This document shows positions 28,760-39,491 of a stretch of DNA of 64,000 nucleotides, in pieces. The translations under genes were made by a program, and so were the position numbers. The notes beneath the pieces were generated by a model. The model worked only from the letters and a program-made list of their open reading frames with translations, was not told where the DNA came from and did not search any database. The DNA comes from Corynebacterium sp. (GTDB lineage: Bacteria; Actinomycetota; Actinomycetes; Mycobacteriales; Mycobacteriaceae): NCBI GenBank assembly GCA_030530875.1, contig JAUMUD010000002.1:62969-126968 (forward strand). Direction: 5' to 3'. Numbering within the stretch: position 1 is the stretch's first letter; each line of letters opens with the position of its first letter.

Positions 28760-30760
28760 ATGAGTACTGATGTCATTACCCCAGAGCTCGTTGCTCTTGA
28801 CGTCGATTTTGGCACGACGCCACAAGAAGTCATTCCTCAGCTGGCACAGATCCTGGTAAATGCCGGTCGTGCTACTGATGGTGAACAGCTGGCCAAGGAT
28901 GCTTTGGCCCGTGAGGCTAAGTCCGGTACTGGTGTTCCTGGCGGCATTGCTATCCCTCACTGCCGCTCTGAAGCCATTACAATCCCAACCCTGGGTTTTG
29001 CTCGCCTGTCCAACATGGCTAATTTCTCCGCCCCTGATGGCGATGCGGATATTGTCTTCCTGATTGGTGCCCCTGCCGGTGGTGGCAAGGAACACCTCAA
29101 GATCCTCTCCAAGCTGGCCCGTGCGCTGGTGAAGAAGGACTTTGTTGAGAGCCTGCGCAATGCAGCTACCAAGGAAGAGGTTGTGGAGCTGGTTCTTGGT
29201 GTGGTTAACGCCAAGCCAACCGCTGCTAATCCAACCGCCAAGGCTGCTGAGGGTGTCAAGGCCGTCAATATTGTTGCTGTGACTGCCTGCCCAACGGGTA
29301 TTGCTCACACCTACATGGCTGCTGATGCTCTGACCCAGGCTGCTCAGGAAATGGACAATGTCAATCTTTCCGTTGAGCCTCAGGGTTCCGGCAAGGTTGT
29401 TCCACTTGATGACGAGATTATTAAGAATGCGGACGCCGTAATCTTCGCTACCGATGTGGGAGTGCGTAATAAGGAGCGTTTTGCTGGCAAGCCAGTAATT
29501 GAGTCTGCTGTTCGTCGCGGTATTGACGAACCACGCCAGATGCTGGAAGAGGCTATTGCTGCTGCTTCTAACCCTAATGCTCACCGCGTTCCTGCCGGTG
29601 GCGGCTCGGAAAACACCAACCCTGAGGCTGAGGGTTCCTCCCTTGGTTGGGGCAAGCGCATCCAGCAGGCTGTGATGACTGGTGTTTCCTACATGGTGCC
29701 ATTCGTTGCTGCTGGTGGTCTTCTCCTGGCCCTGGGCTTCCTCTTCGGTGGCTATGACATGGCCAATGGCTACAAGGACATCGTCGCGGATTACTCCCTG
29801 ACTAACCTGCCTGGCCATGTGGTTGGCGATATGACCTTCGACCGTTCTGGCTTCCTGCTCTACTTTGGTGCTGTGCTCTTTGCCATTGGTCAAGCGGCCA
29901 TGGGCTTCGTGGTTGCCGCACTTTCCGGCTATATCTCCTTCGCTCTTGCTGGTCGCCCTGGTATCGCACCGGGCTTCGTTGGTGGTGCAATCTCTGTGAC
30001 CATTGGCGCTGGCTTCATTGGTGGTCTGGTCACCGGTATTATTGCCGGTCTCATCTGCATGTGGATCTCTAACTGGGCAGTACCTCGTATCGTTCAGTCT
30101 CTGATGCCTGTGGTTATCATTCCACTGCTTGGTTCGCTGATTACCGGCCTCCTGATGTACCTGCTGCTCGGTCGCCCACTGGCTGCCATTATGAATGGTC
30201 TGCAGGATTGGCTGAGCTCCATGAGCGGCTCCTCCGCTATCCTGCTCGGCATTATCCTTGGTCTGATGATGTGCTTCGACCTCGGTGGTCCAGTGAACAA
30301 GGCTGCATACCTCTTCGGTACCGCATCCCTCTCCAATGGCGGTGAGGCTGATATGAAGATCATGGCTGCTGTTATGGCTGCCGGTATGGTCCCACCAATC
30401 GCCCTCTCCATTGCCACCTTCATGCGCAAGAACCTCTTCACCCCTGCTGAGCAGGAAAATGGTAAGAGCTCCTGGCTGCTGGGTCTCGCCTTCATCTCTG
30501 AGGGTGCTATCCCATTCGCCGCTGCTGACCCACTGCGTGTCATCCCTGCCACCATGGCCGGTGGCGCTGTGACTGGCGCACTCTGCATGGCCCTGAACGT
30601 CGGCTCCCGTGCTCCTCACGGTGGTCTCTTCGTCTTCTTCGCAATTAGCCCATTCTGGGGCTTCCTGCTGGCCATCATTATCGGTGTTATTGTCGCCGCC
30701 TTCCTGGTCGTCCTTCTTAAGACCGTCTGGAAGCGCGATAAGGCACCAGCCGCTGCCTAA
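28760..30760 (+). CDS. ptsF: PTS fructose-specific EIIABC
   Basis: IIA GIAIPHCRS, IIB VTACPTGIAHTYMAA, IIC DLGGPVNKAAY, FISEGAIPFAAADP. Confidence 0.95.
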   Translation: MSTDVITPELVALDVDFGTTPQEVIPQLAQILVNAGRATDGEQLAKDALAREAKSGTGVPGGIAIPHCRSEAITIPTLGFARLSNMANFSAPDGDADIVFLIGAPAGGGKEHLKILSKLARALVKKDFVESLRNAATKEEVVELVLGVVNAKPTAANPTAKAAEGVKAVNIVAVTACPTGIAHTYMAADALTQAAQEMDNVNLSVEPQGSGKVVPLDDEIIKNADAVIFATDVGVRNKERFAGKPVIESAVRRGIDEPRQMLEEAIAAASNPNAHRVPAGGGSENTNPEAEGSSLGWGKRIQQAVMTGVSYMVPFVAAGGLLLALGFLFGGYDMANGYKDIVADYSLTNLPGHVVGDMTFDRSGFLLYFGAVLFAIGQAAMGFVVAALSGYISFALAGRPGIAPGFVGGAISVTIGAGFIGGLVTGIIAGLICMWISNWAVPRIVQSLMPVVIIPLLGSLITGLLMYLLLGRPLAAIMNGLQDWLSSMSGSSAILLGIILGLMMCFDLGGPVNKAAYLFGTASLSNGGEADMKIMAAVMAAGMVPPIALSIATFMRKNLFTPAEQENGKSSWLLGLAFISEGAIPFAAADPLRVIPATMAGGAVTGALCMALNVGSRAPHGGLFVFFAISPFWGFLLAIIIGVIVAAFLVVLLKTVWKRDKAPAAA

Positions 30761-30881
30761 AATAGCAGCTCACCCCATACTCAACTGGCGATAGTGGCCA
30801 CCCCGTGGTACTATAGTCGGTTGAGTATTAAGGGTTCACCCTTACTCTGCCCCTAAATTCAATTAATGAAAGGACCATTTC

Positions 30882-31151
30882 ATGGCTTCCAAGACTGTTA
30901 CCGTCGGCTCCACCGTTGGTCTCCACGCTCGTCCAGCCACCATCATCGCTGAGGCTGCTGGCGAGTACGATGAGGACATCTTCCTCACCCTCGTTGGCTC
31001 TGACGATGACGAAGAGACTGAGGCTGCCTCCTCCCTTATGATCATGGCTATGGGTGCTTCCCACGGCGACCAGATCACCGTCACCTCCGAGAACGCTGAG
31101 GCTGTTGAGAAGATCGCAGCTCTCATCGAGAAGAATCTCGACGAGGAGTAA
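30882..31151 (+). CDS. ptsH: Phosphocarrier protein HPr
   Basis: MASKTVTVGSTVGLHARPA (His15), AASSLMIM. Confidence 0.96.
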   Translation: MASKTVTVGSTVGLHARPATIIAEAAGEYDEDIFLTLVGSDDDEETEAASSLMIMAMGASHGDQITVTSENAEAVEKIAALIEKNLDEE

Positions 31152-31171
31152 TTCCAAGCATTTACTGCTTC

Positions 31172-31196
31172 AACCGGGCTTCGGCCCGGTTTTTTT
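31172..31196 (+). terminator. Terminator after ptsH
   Basis: AACCGGGC-TTCG-GCCCGGTT-TTTTT. Confidence 0.85.
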
Positions 31197-31323
31197 ATTC
31201 CCCAAGTCTTTTCGAAACTGCGTAACGGCCGTGCACTTAAGGCCCGCACAAAAGCCAAGCCCGCTACAGTACTTCCTCGTTCCAAAGTGAGATACACCAC
31301 AGTAGGGCAAAATTTTTTCTTTA

Positions 31324-31355
31324 TTAGTAAACTTTTTAGTAAAATCTTTAGTTAA
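31324..31355. promoter_or_regulatory. Candidate GalR operator upstream of permease/alpha-galactosidase
   Basis: Three TTAGTAAA-like repeats (TTAGTAAA, TTTTAGTAAAA, TTTAGTTAA); the same motif occurs upstream of galK. Confidence 0.6.
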
Positions 31356-31421
31356 GCAATTGGTTTTAATTTAGTTGCTGAAGCCTCTTTCTTCTTTTCT
31401 TATTACTAAGGAGTTAGCCCC

Positions 31422-33356
31422 ATGAGTACAACCACGGGCATTGCGACCGGCCAACATACGGGCGCAAATATGAAGGCGCGAATCTCTTATTCCATTGGCG
31501 CCTTTGGTAATGACGTCTTCTATGCCACGCTGTCGACGTACTTCATCATCTTCGTCACCTCCCACCTCTTTAATACCGGTGACACTGCTCATAACAACCG
31601 CATGGTTCTCTATGTCACGCAGATTATTGCGGCCGTGCGTATCCTTGAGCTAATCCTTGACCCATTCATCGGCAATCTGATTGATAACACCCGTACTCGC
31701 TGGGGCAAGTTCAAGCCGTGGATTGTGGTCGGCGGCATTGTTGGTTCCATCGCGCTGCTGGTGCTCTTCACCAACCTTGGTGGTCTTAATGAGAGCCACC
31801 CGGTTCTTTACCTGATTGTCTTCGCGATTATCTACATCATCATGGACATGTTCTATTCCTTCAAGGACATTTCCTTCTGGTCCATGGTGCCAGCCCTAAG
31901 CTTCAGCTCTGAGGAACGTGAAAAGACCGCTACCATGGCCCGTATTGGTTCCACCATTGGTGGCAACCTGGTCGGCGTTGTGGTTATGCCACTGGTGCTC
32001 TTCTTCTCCCTCAATAAGCACGATGGTGTGGGCGATAACCGTGGTTGGTTCATGTTCGCATTGATTGTGGCCCTGGTTGGTATCTTCACTGCCCTGGTTG
32101 TGGCCTTCGGCACCAAGGAAATTGACCATGAGATGCGCAAGAATACCCACAAGACTACCCTCAGGGGTGTATTCAAGGCGCTGATTAAGAATGACCAGCT
32201 CATGGCCATCTCGCTCTCCTATGTGCTCTACTGCACCGGCGCCACCATCATCAACGCCTCCCAGCTTTACTACTTCACCTACATTCTTGGTAATGCTGCT
32301 CAGTTCTCCATTCTGGGCACCATCAATATGCTCGTAGGCCTGATTTCGGTCTCCCTCTTCCCGAAGCTGGCTAGCAAGTTTAACCGCCGCAACCTCTTCT
32401 TCTACTGCATTGCAGTCATGGTTCTTGGTGTTGTGGTCTTCTTCTTCGCTGGCAAGTCCCTTGCCCTGGTCCTCATCGCTGCTGAGCTCTTCTTCATCCC
32501 TCAGCCACTGGTCTTCCTGGTTGTCCTCATGACCATCACTGACTGCGTGGAATATGGCCAGCTCAAGCTCGGCCACCGCGATGAATCCCTCACCCTCTCT
32601 GTCCGTCCAATGCTGGATAAGTTCGCTGGCGCTATCGGCAACCTCGTTATCGGTGCCGCTGCTGTGGCTGCTGGCATGACCACCGGCGCTACCGCTGAGA
32701 CTGTGACCAGCTCCGGTATCTGGTCCTTCAAGATCTACATCTTCCTCATCCCAGTCATCCTCATCCTGCTGGGTACCTTGGTATTCTTCTTCCGCGTGAA
32801 GCTCACCGAGGAACGCCATGCTGAAATTGTGGAAGAGCTTGAGCGCACCTGGGGTAAGGAAACTGCCTCCGAGGCTAGTGTTGCTGTGAGAACCAAGAAG
32901 CAGGAAATCCGCACCCCAATCCTTGGTTATCTCCACCCACTGAGCGATGTGAAGGATCCTGCCTTTGCGGCCGGTAAGCTTGGCCAGGGCTTTGCAATTA
33001 AGCCTCTCAATGGCAAGGTCTATGCCCCATTCTCTGGCACTGTCAAGGTCCTCTTCCCAACCAACCACGCCATTGGTATTGAGTCTGATGACGGTGTAGT
33101 TCTCCTCATCCACATTGGTCTTGGTACCACGAAGCTTAAGGGCGAAGGCTTTAGCACCTTTGTCGCCCAAGGTCAGCGTGTGGAAGCCGGCCAGAAGCTC
33201 ATCAAGTTTGATGAGGACTTCATTGAGGAAAGTGGCTTGGATAATACGGTCATTATGACTGTCACCAATGCCGATCAGTTCAGCACCATTCATATTGAGG
33301 GTGAGCCAGGTCGCCTGGTCACCATCGAGGATAATGTCTTGGAATTGGAGCGCTAA
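31422..33356 (+). CDS. lacS: LacS/RafP-type GPH-family galactoside:cation symporter with C-terminal EIIA-like domain
   Basis: ISYSIGAFGNDVFY, DPFIGNLIDNTRTRWGKFKPW, GHRDESLTLSVRP, then a IIA domain DPAFAAG.LGQGFAI, NHAIG, LIHIGLGT. Confidence 0.88.
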   Translation: MSTTTGIATGQHTGANMKARISYSIGAFGNDVFYATLSTYFIIFVTSHLFNTGDTAHNNRMVLYVTQIIAAVRILELILDPFIGNLIDNTRTRWGKFKPWIVVGGIVGSIALLVLFTNLGGLNESHPVLYLIVFAIIYIIMDMFYSFKDISFWSMVPALSFSSEEREKTATMARIGSTIGGNLVGVVVMPLVLFFSLNKHDGVGDNRGWFMFALIVALVGIFTALVVAFGTKEIDHEMRKNTHKTTLRGVFKALIKNDQLMAISLSYVLYCTGATIINASQLYYFTYILGNAAQFSILGTINMLVGLISVSLFPKLASKFNRRNLFFYCIAVMVLGVVVFFFAGKSLALVLIAAELFFIPQPLVFLVVLMTITDCVEYGQLKLGHRDESLTLSVRPMLDKFAGAIGNLVIGAAAVAAGMTTGATAETVTSSGIWSFKIYIFLIPVILILLGTLVFFFRVKLTEERHAEIVEELERTWGKETASEASVAVRTKKQEIRTPILGYLHPLSDVKDPAFAAGKLGQGFAIKPLNGKVYAPFSGTVKVLFPTNHAIGIESDDGVVLLIHIGLGTTKLKGEGFSTFVAQGQRVEAGQKLIKFDEDFIEESGLDNTVIMTVTNADQFSTIHIEGEPGRLVTIEDNVLELER

Positions 33357-35648
33357 ATGATTAGTGTACGTACAAGCTCTGCTGGAACCCCACAGTTCCA
33401 CCTGCACAATGAGCAGATCAGCTATATCTTTGGTCTCGCCGAAGACGGCAAGCTGCTCCACTACTACTTCGGTGCAGCTGTTCCTGATGCTGACTACCAG
33501 CACTTGGTGGAATATATCCCCTATCCTGTTTCCACCCTGCGACGTGAGGCCGATAGGCTCTACAGCCTGGCACGATGCATGCAGGAGCTACCGGAATATG
33601 GCGCCACAGATTTCCGCCACCCTGCTATTCAGGTGCGCCAGGAAAATGGTTCAACCTTGACCGATTTCATCTATGAGTCCCATGAGATTGTGCCGGGTAA
33701 GCCAAAGCTTGAGGGCCTTCCAGCAAGTTATGTGGAAGATGAGTCAGAAGCTGAAACCCTGATAGTGCATCTCGTCGATACGCTAAGTGGGGCAAAGGTC
33801 GCGCTGCTCTACAGCATTTATGCTGATAGGCCAGTGATTGCACGCAGTGCCATTGTGGAAAATCATGGGGCACAGACCCTGCACCTGGAAAATCTTGCTT
33901 CCTTTAATCTGGATTTGCCCGACCATAATTATGAGTGGGTACAGCTCAGTGGAGCTTGGGGTCGTGAACGCTATATTAAGCGCCGCTCTCTGGAGGCTGG
34001 AATTACCGCAGTGGATTCTACCCAGGGTTATTCCTCCCACCAGCAGAATCCCTTTGTGGCTCTGGTTCGCCCGGAGACCACGGAACATTCCGGTACGGCC
34101 ATTGGTCTAAGCTTCCTCTATTCGGGTAATTTCTTGGCTCAGGCTGAGGTGGATCCATGGAATGTAACCCGCCTGCAAATGGGCATTAACCCCTTTGGTT
34201 TTGACTGGGAGCTTAAGCCCGGCGCGCGCTTTACTGCCCCGGAAGCGGTACTGACCTATTCGGATGAGGGTCTCAATGGAATGAGTCAGGCTCTACATTC
34301 CTTGCTGCGTAACCGTGTGGCTCGTGGCCCATGGCGGAATAAGGAGCGCCCGATTCTCATTAATAACTGGGAAGCCACCTACTTCGACTTTACGGAGGAC
34401 AAGCTGGTTTCTATTGCCAAAACTGCCAAGGACGTGGGTGTTGAGCTCTTCGTTCTGGATGATGGCTGGTTTGGTCAGCGTACGAGTGATACTGCTGGTT
34501 TGGGCGATTGGTATACCAATACGGATCGCCTGCCGGGTGGTATTGGCTCCTTGGCGGCGAAGATTCGTGACCTGGGTATGAAATTTGGTCTGTGGTTTGA
34601 GCCGGAAATGGTGAATCGGGATAGTGATATGTTCCGTAATCACCCTGAATGGACCATTCAGACCCCTGGGCGTCCGCTGCGTCATGGTCGCCATCAGTTT
34701 GTGCTCAACTACGCTATCCCTGCTGTTGTGGATAACATTTTTGAGCAGATGTGCGCCATTATTGATGAGGCGAAGCTGGATTATATTAAGTGGGATATGA
34801 ATCGCCCGCTGACCGATGTTTTCTGTGCTGAGCTTCCGGCCAGCCAGCAGGGTGAGGTCTTCCACCGCTTTGTGCTTGGGCTTTATGACCTGTATGAGCG
34901 TCTCCTTGAGCGTTATCCTAATTTGCTCATTGAGTCCTGTGCTTCTGGTGGTGGCCGTTTTGATGCGGGCCTGCTCTACTATGCCCCTCAGGCTTGGACC
35001 AGTGATGATACGGATGCCATTGAGCGTATGAAGATTCAGTATGGTACGAGTCTTGCTTACCCAATTTCTAGCATGGGTGCCCATGTTTCTATTGTTCCGA
35101 ACCATCAGACCCGCCGTATCTCACCTTTGGCTACCCGTGCCCATGTGGCCTATTTCGGTGCCTTTGGCTATGAGCTTGACCTCAATGACCTTAGCCAGGA
35201 TGAGATCAATCAGGTTAAGGAGCAGATTGCTTTTTATAAGCAGTACCGCCACCTTATTCATGAGGGTACTTTCTATCGCCTGAAGTCGCCTTTTGAGAGC
35301 GGTCAGGAAGTGGCGTGGATGGTCGTGGATAAGAACAAGGAACAAGCAGTGGTTGCGCACTTTACGGTGCTCAATAAGGTCAATGCGGCCTTTAATCGCC
35401 TGCTGCTTAAGGGCCTTGACCCCAACGCCACCTATACCCTGCAGGAAGCACCGGATAATGCCCTGCGCAACCCGCAGGAAAATGGCGTGACCTATCCGAA
35501 TGTGCCAACTTATTCCGGCGCGGCGCTGATGAATATGGGCATTAGCACCATGGACTCCTCCTGCGGTGAGATGCTCCCACAAAACCGTGACAGGGACCTT
35601 CCAAGTACTGATTTCCAATCGCGGATCTGGGTACTGAAAAAGAAGTAA
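33357..35648 (+). CDS. aga: Alpha-galactosidase, GH36
   Basis: LINNWEATYFDF, LFVLDDGWFG, KFGLWFEPEMV, YIKWDMNR, SCASGGGRFD, WTSDDTDA. Confidence 0.95.
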   Translation: MISVRTSSAGTPQFHLHNEQISYIFGLAEDGKLLHYYFGAAVPDADYQHLVEYIPYPVSTLRREADRLYSLARCMQELPEYGATDFRHPAIQVRQENGSTLTDFIYESHEIVPGKPKLEGLPASYVEDESEAETLIVHLVDTLSGAKVALLYSIYADRPVIARSAIVENHGAQTLHLENLASFNLDLPDHNYEWVQLSGAWGRERYIKRRSLEAGITAVDSTQGYSSHQQNPFVALVRPETTEHSGTAIGLSFLYSGNFLAQAEVDPWNVTRLQMGINPFGFDWELKPGARFTAPEAVLTYSDEGLNGMSQALHSLLRNRVARGPWRNKERPILINNWEATYFDFTEDKLVSIAKTAKDVGVELFVLDDGWFGQRTSDTAGLGDWYTNTDRLPGGIGSLAAKIRDLGMKFGLWFEPEMVNRDSDMFRNHPEWTIQTPGRPLRHGRHQFVLNYAIPAVVDNIFEQMCAIIDEAKLDYIKWDMNRPLTDVFCAELPASQQGEVFHRFVLGLYDLYERLLERYPNLLIESCASGGGRFDAGLLYYAPQAWTSDDTDAIERMKIQYGTSLAYPISSMGAHVSIVPNHQTRRISPLATRAHVAYFGAFGYELDLNDLSQDEINQVKEQIAFYKQYRHLIHEGTFYRLKSPFESGQEVAWMVVDKNKEQAVVAHFTVLNKVNAAFNRLLLKGLDPNATYTLQEAPDNALRNPQENGVTYPNVPTYSGAALMNMGISTMDSSCGEMLPQNRDRDLPSTDFQSRIWVLKKK

Positions 35649-35656
35649 GTAAGATT

Positions 35657-35687
35657 AGGGCTGGGTGGAATATACCAGCCCTTTTTT
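35657..35687 (+). terminator. Terminator after aga
   Basis: AGGGCTGG...CCAGCCCT-TTTTT. Confidence 0.75.
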
Positions 35688-35724
35688 GCTTGTATAATCA
35701 CGCCAGTGAAGGAAGAGGTATCAC

Positions 35725-36723
35725 GTGCCAACTATTAAAGATATTGCGGCCAAGGCAAAGGTGTCTGTGGCAACTGTCTCTCGTGTGCTCAATAATGATG
35801 AGACCATGTCGGCCACGCAGGAAACCCGCGATAAGATTTTTGCCATCGCTGATGAGCTGGGTTATACCAAACATAAGCGGAATAATCAGGTGACTAATCG
35901 CTCACTGGCCATTATTCAGTGGTTCAGTGAAGCTGAGGAAACCGATGACCTGTACTACTACTCCATCCGTATCGGCATTGAGCGTAAAGCCCAGGAACTT
36001 GGCTATGAGATTATCCGCATCTTCAACAATGACCCCATCGACCCAATTGAAAAGGTCGATGCCGTCATCGCCGTGGGTAAATACAGCTCTGCCCAAATCC
36101 TCCATTTCAGCCGCCTCAATCCTGTCATCTTCTTTGTGGATAGCGACACGCTGGAACAAGGCTTTACCTGCATCACCACGGACTTTAGCCATGCTGTGGT
36201 TGAAGTCCTCGACCACTTCATCCACAAAGGCCACCGCCATATTGGCATGATTACTGGCAGTGAGCGCACTAGCGACCAAACCGAAGAACTTGAAGACCCC
36301 CGCATTCAGACCTTCACCTACTACCTGGAACAGCGCGGCCTCTTCAACGCTAACTATGTCTACACCGGCGTATTCTCCACCCAAAGTGGCTACGAACTTA
36401 TGAAGGAAGCCCTGGAAGAACACGGGGACGACCTCCCCGATGCGTTCTTTATTGCCAGCGATGCCCTCGCCGTCGGTGCCCTGCGCGCCCTGCAGGAAGC
36501 CGGCAAGAATGTGCCCGAAGATGTCAGCATCATTTCCTTCAATGACACAGCCATTGCGAAACAGGTCTTCCCACCTCTGTCTTCCGTATCCGTCTTTACA
36601 GAAGAAATGGGTGCCCGCGCAGTCTCCGAAGCACACGCCTACCTCGAGCACGCCATCCCTGATGTCCCCTACCTCATTCGCCTCGGAACCCACCTTACCC
36701 TGCGTAAATCTAGCAAGAACTAA
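35725..36723 (+). CDS. galR: LacI-family galactose repressor GalR
   Basis: TIKDIAAKAKVSVATVSRVLN HTH, DLYYYSIRIGIE (streptococcal GalR-like), sugar-binding domain. TATAAT upstream. Confidence 0.88.
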   Translation: MPTIKDIAAKAKVSVATVSRVLNNDETMSATQETRDKIFAIADELGYTKHKRNNQVTNRSLAIIQWFSEAEETDDLYYYSIRIGIERKAQELGYEIIRIFNNDPIDPIEKVDAVIAVGKYSSAQILHFSRLNPVIFFVDSDTLEQGFTCITTDFSHAVVEVLDHFIHKGHRHIGMITGSERTSDQTEELEDPRIQTFTYYLEQRGLFNANYVYTGVFSTQSGYELMKEALEEHGDDLPDAFFIASDALAVGALRALQEAGKNVPEDVSIISFNDTAIAKQVFPPLSSVSVFTEEMGARAVSEAHAYLEHAIPDVPYLIRLGTHLTLRKSSKN

Positions 36724-36725
36724 AC

Positions 36726-36770
36726 TTTAGTAAAATTTTACTTGAAAAGTTTACTAAAATATTTTATGCT
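36726..36770 (+). promoter_or_regulatory. galK promoter and overlapping GalR operator
   Basis: -35 TTGAAA (36742-36747), 17 nt spacer, -10 TATGCT (36765-36770). Perfect palindrome AGTAAAATTTTACT (36729-36742) plus TTTACTAAA (36750-36758). Confidence 0.75.
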
Positions 36771-36776
36771 TGAGCT

Positions 36777-37943
36777 ATGAATACCACACAGCTCCATAGT
36801 TCTTTTGCTTCTATCTTTGGCTACGAACCCGAAGCCTCTTTCTTCTCCCCTGGCCGAATCAACCTCATCGGCGAGTACACCGACTTCAACGGTGGCCATG
36901 TCTTCCCTGCTGCTATCAGCTTGGGCACCTGGGGTGCTGCTAAGGCCAGGGAGGATAATCTCCTCCGCTTCTACTCGGCGAACTTTAGCGATGATGGCAT
37001 CATCGAAGTTGACCTTGCTGACCTAAGTTTTAAGACGGAACATGGCTGGGCCAACTACGCCAAGGGCGTTCTTCTCTTCCTGCAGGAAGCAGGCCATAAG
37101 CTTCCTCATGGCTTTGACCTCTTCATTGAGGGCACCATCCCTAATGGTGCGGGCCTCTCCTCCTCTGCCTCCCTGGAATTGCTCATTGGCATTGTGGCCG
37201 AAAAGCTCTTTGACCTGAAACTTGAGCGCCTTGACCTGATTAAAATTGGCAAGCTCACGGAAAATAAGTACATTGGCGTGAACTCCGGCATTATGGACCA
37301 GTTCGCCATTGGCATGGGTGCGGAAAAGCGCGCCATCTACCTGGATACCAATACCTTGGAATATGAGCTGGTTCCTCTGGACCTCGGCGATAATGTCATT
37401 GTCATTATGAACACCAATAAGCGCCGTGAACTGGCCGATTCCAAGTACAATGAGCGCCGCGCGGAATGTGAAAGCGCACTGGCTGATCTGCAAAAGGGCA
37501 TCAATATTGCCACCCTCGGTGACCTCGATGAAGCCACCCTCGATCAGTATGCCTATCTCATTAACGGCCATAACTGCCTCAAGCGTGCCCGCCATGCCGT
37601 GTGGGAAAACCGCCGCGTGGAACGCGCCACCACTGCCCTTCGTGCTGGTGAACTGGCCGAATTTGGCCGCCTGGTCAATGCCTCCCATGTATCCCTTGAG
37701 CATGACTTTGAAGTCACAGGCAAGGAACTGGACACCCTGGTCCACGCCGCCTGGGCGCAGGATGGTGTGGTTGGTGCCCGCATGACTGGTGCCGGTTTCG
37801 GCGGCTGCGCCATTGCCATTGTCAACAAGGATAAGGTTGAAGCATTCACCAAGGCCGTCACCGAGATCTACACCAAAGAGATCGGCTACGCCCCAAGCTT
37901 CTACCCGGCCGAAATTGCCGATGGTGCACGCGCACTGGACTGA
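36777..37943 (+). CDS. galK: Galactokinase
   Basis: [45 protein letters not shown]. The signature reads GEYTDFN instead of GEHTDYN. Confidence 0.95.
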   Translation: MNTTQLHSSFASIFGYEPEASFFSPGRINLIGEYTDFNGGHVFPAAISLGTWGAAKAREDNLLRFYSANFSDDGIIEVDLADLSFKTEHGWANYAKGVLLFLQEAGHKLPHGFDLFIEGTIPNGAGLSSSASLELLIGIVAEKLFDLKLERLDLIKIGKLTENKYIGVNSGIMDQFAIGMGAEKRAIYLDTNTLEYELVPLDLGDNVIVIMNTNKRRELADSKYNERRAECESALADLQKGINIATLGDLDEATLDQYAYLINGHNCLKRARHAVWENRRVERATTALRAGELAEFGRLVNASHVSLEHDFEVTGKELDTLVHAAWAQDGVVGARMTGAGFGGCAIAIVNKDKVEAFTKAVTEIYTKEIGYAPSFYPAEIADGARALD

Positions 37944-38003
37944 CACACGCACCAAATAACACACACAACACCTCACACCCCATAGTCATTCCAAGGATCA
38001 AGC

Positions 38004-39491
38004 ATGAAACGTGTTGATGCACTGGCCAGCGCTATTATCGCGCAGAGCGACTATACCGAGCTGGATCGAATCTACCTCCGTAACCGCCTCTTCGCCCTCA
38101 TCGGTGAGGACACTGGCAATGCGGAAACCCAGGAAACTGAACTCATCCCATTGGTCCATGAGCTTGGCCCCGATGAGATTCTCACCAGTGCCGTGATGGA
38201 CTTCATCACCCCACCACCGCACGTGGTCAATGCCCAGTTCTGGAATGACTATGCGGTTGATCCGCAGAAAGCAATCAGCAATTTCTACTCTCTCAATTGC
38301 CGCAATGACTACATCAAGCTTGGAGATATTGCGCGCAATATTGAGTTCACCGCCCCATCCGACTACGGCGATATTGAAATCACTATCAATCTCTCCAAGC
38401 CGGAAAAAGACCCCAAGGCCATCGCTGCTGCTAAGAACGCACCTCAAAGCGACTACCCTCTCTGCCAGCTGTGCATGGAAAACGAGGGCTACGCTGGCCG
38501 TGTCAACCACCCGGCCCGTGCCCAGCACCGCATCATTCGCGTCGAGCTCGACGATGAAAACAAGAAAAATAGCAAAACTAACACCACCTGGAAGCACACA
38601 TGGGGCTTCCAGTATTCCCCCTATGCTTATTTCAATGAGCACTGCATTTTCCTCGATGCTGAACACAGCCCGATGGAAATCACCACGCAGACTTTCCGCG
38701 AGCTCCTGCAGCTAGTTGATCTTTTCCCCGGCTACTTCGCGGGCTCCAATTCTGATCTTCCGATTGTGGGTGGTTCCATTCTTAGCCATAACCACTATCA
38801 GGGTGGCCGCCACATATTCCCAATGGATAAGGCCAGTACGGAGTACGAATTCACACTCAAGGGTGTGAAGGCCGAAATCCTTAAGTGGCCAATGAGTGTT
38901 ATCCGGCTCCGCAGCGATGATCCGCACGCACTAATAGAAGCTGCTGAGCACGTTGCGGAAAGTTGGAAGACTCATAGCGATGAAACCGTCGATGTCATCG
39001 CAAACAGCAATGGCACCCGCCACCATACGGTCACGCCTATTGCCCGCAAGGATGGCGATGCGTATATCCTCAACCTGGTTCTTCGTGATAATCACACCAG
39101 CGAAGAGCACCCTGATGGTGTCTTCCATCCACACAAGGATGTGCAGCATATTAAGAAGGAAAATATTGGTCTCATTGAGGTCATGGGCCTGGCTATTCTG
39201 CCACCGCGCCTCAAGGAAGAGATGGCTGCAGTCGAGCGCTATCTGCAGGACACCACTGCGGATGAGCAGGCAGCAATTCGCACCAGTGGCATTGCTGAAT
39301 ACCACCTTGAATGGGCGAGAAATATCAAAGCCGCAAACCCCCAGCGTGCTATAATTGACACATCTGCGCTGGTAAAAGAAGAAATCGGCCACGTATTTGT
39401 CCGAGTTCTTGAAGATGCCGGCGTTTTTAAGTGCGATGAGCAAGGCCGCGCAGCCTTCCACCGCTTCCTCAACCTGATTGGAGAATCATAA
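38004..39491 (+). CDS. galT: Galactose-1-phosphate uridylyltransferase, Firmicute (class II) type
   Basis: [76 protein letters not shown]. Confidence 0.95.
   Translation: MKRVDALASAIIAQSDYTELDRIYLRNRLFALIGEDTGNAETQETELIPLVHELGPDEILTSAVMDFITPPPHVVNAQFWNDYAVDPQKAISNFYSLNCRNDYIKLGDIARNIEFTAPSDYGDIEITINLSKPEKDPKAIAAAKNAPQSDYPLCQLCMENEGYAGRVNHPARAQHRIIRVELDDENKKNSKTNTTWKHTWGFQYSPYAYFNEHCIFLDAEHSPMEITTQTFRELLQLVDLFPGYFAGSNSDLPIVGGSILSHNHYQGGRHIFPMDKASTEYEFTLKGVKAEILKWPMSVIRLRSDDPHALIEAAEHVAESWKTHSDETVDVIANSNGTRHHTVTPIARKDGDAYILNLVLRDNHTSEEHPDGVFHPHKDVQHIKKENIGLIEVMGLAILPPRLKEEMAAVERYLQDTTADEQAAIRTSGIAEYHLEWARNIKAANPQRAIIDTSALVKEEIGHVFVRVLEDAGVFKCDEQGRAAFHRFLNLIGES

Noticed and set aside
28655-30619. 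Long antisense ORFs (654 aa here; also 17210-19123, 19130-20575, 25515-26972, 31896-33503, 60003-61301)
   Set aside because: They lie opposite well-conserved genes and have no recognisable motifs. They are shadow frames expected from biased codon usage.
34727-34735. Perfect DnaA box (TGTGGATAA) inside aga
   Set aside because: Single copy within coding sequence (V-D-N codons); compatible with chance.
37944-38003. CA-rich low-complexity spacer between galK and galT
   Set aside because: No regular repeat unit or structure; probably an unstructured spacer.
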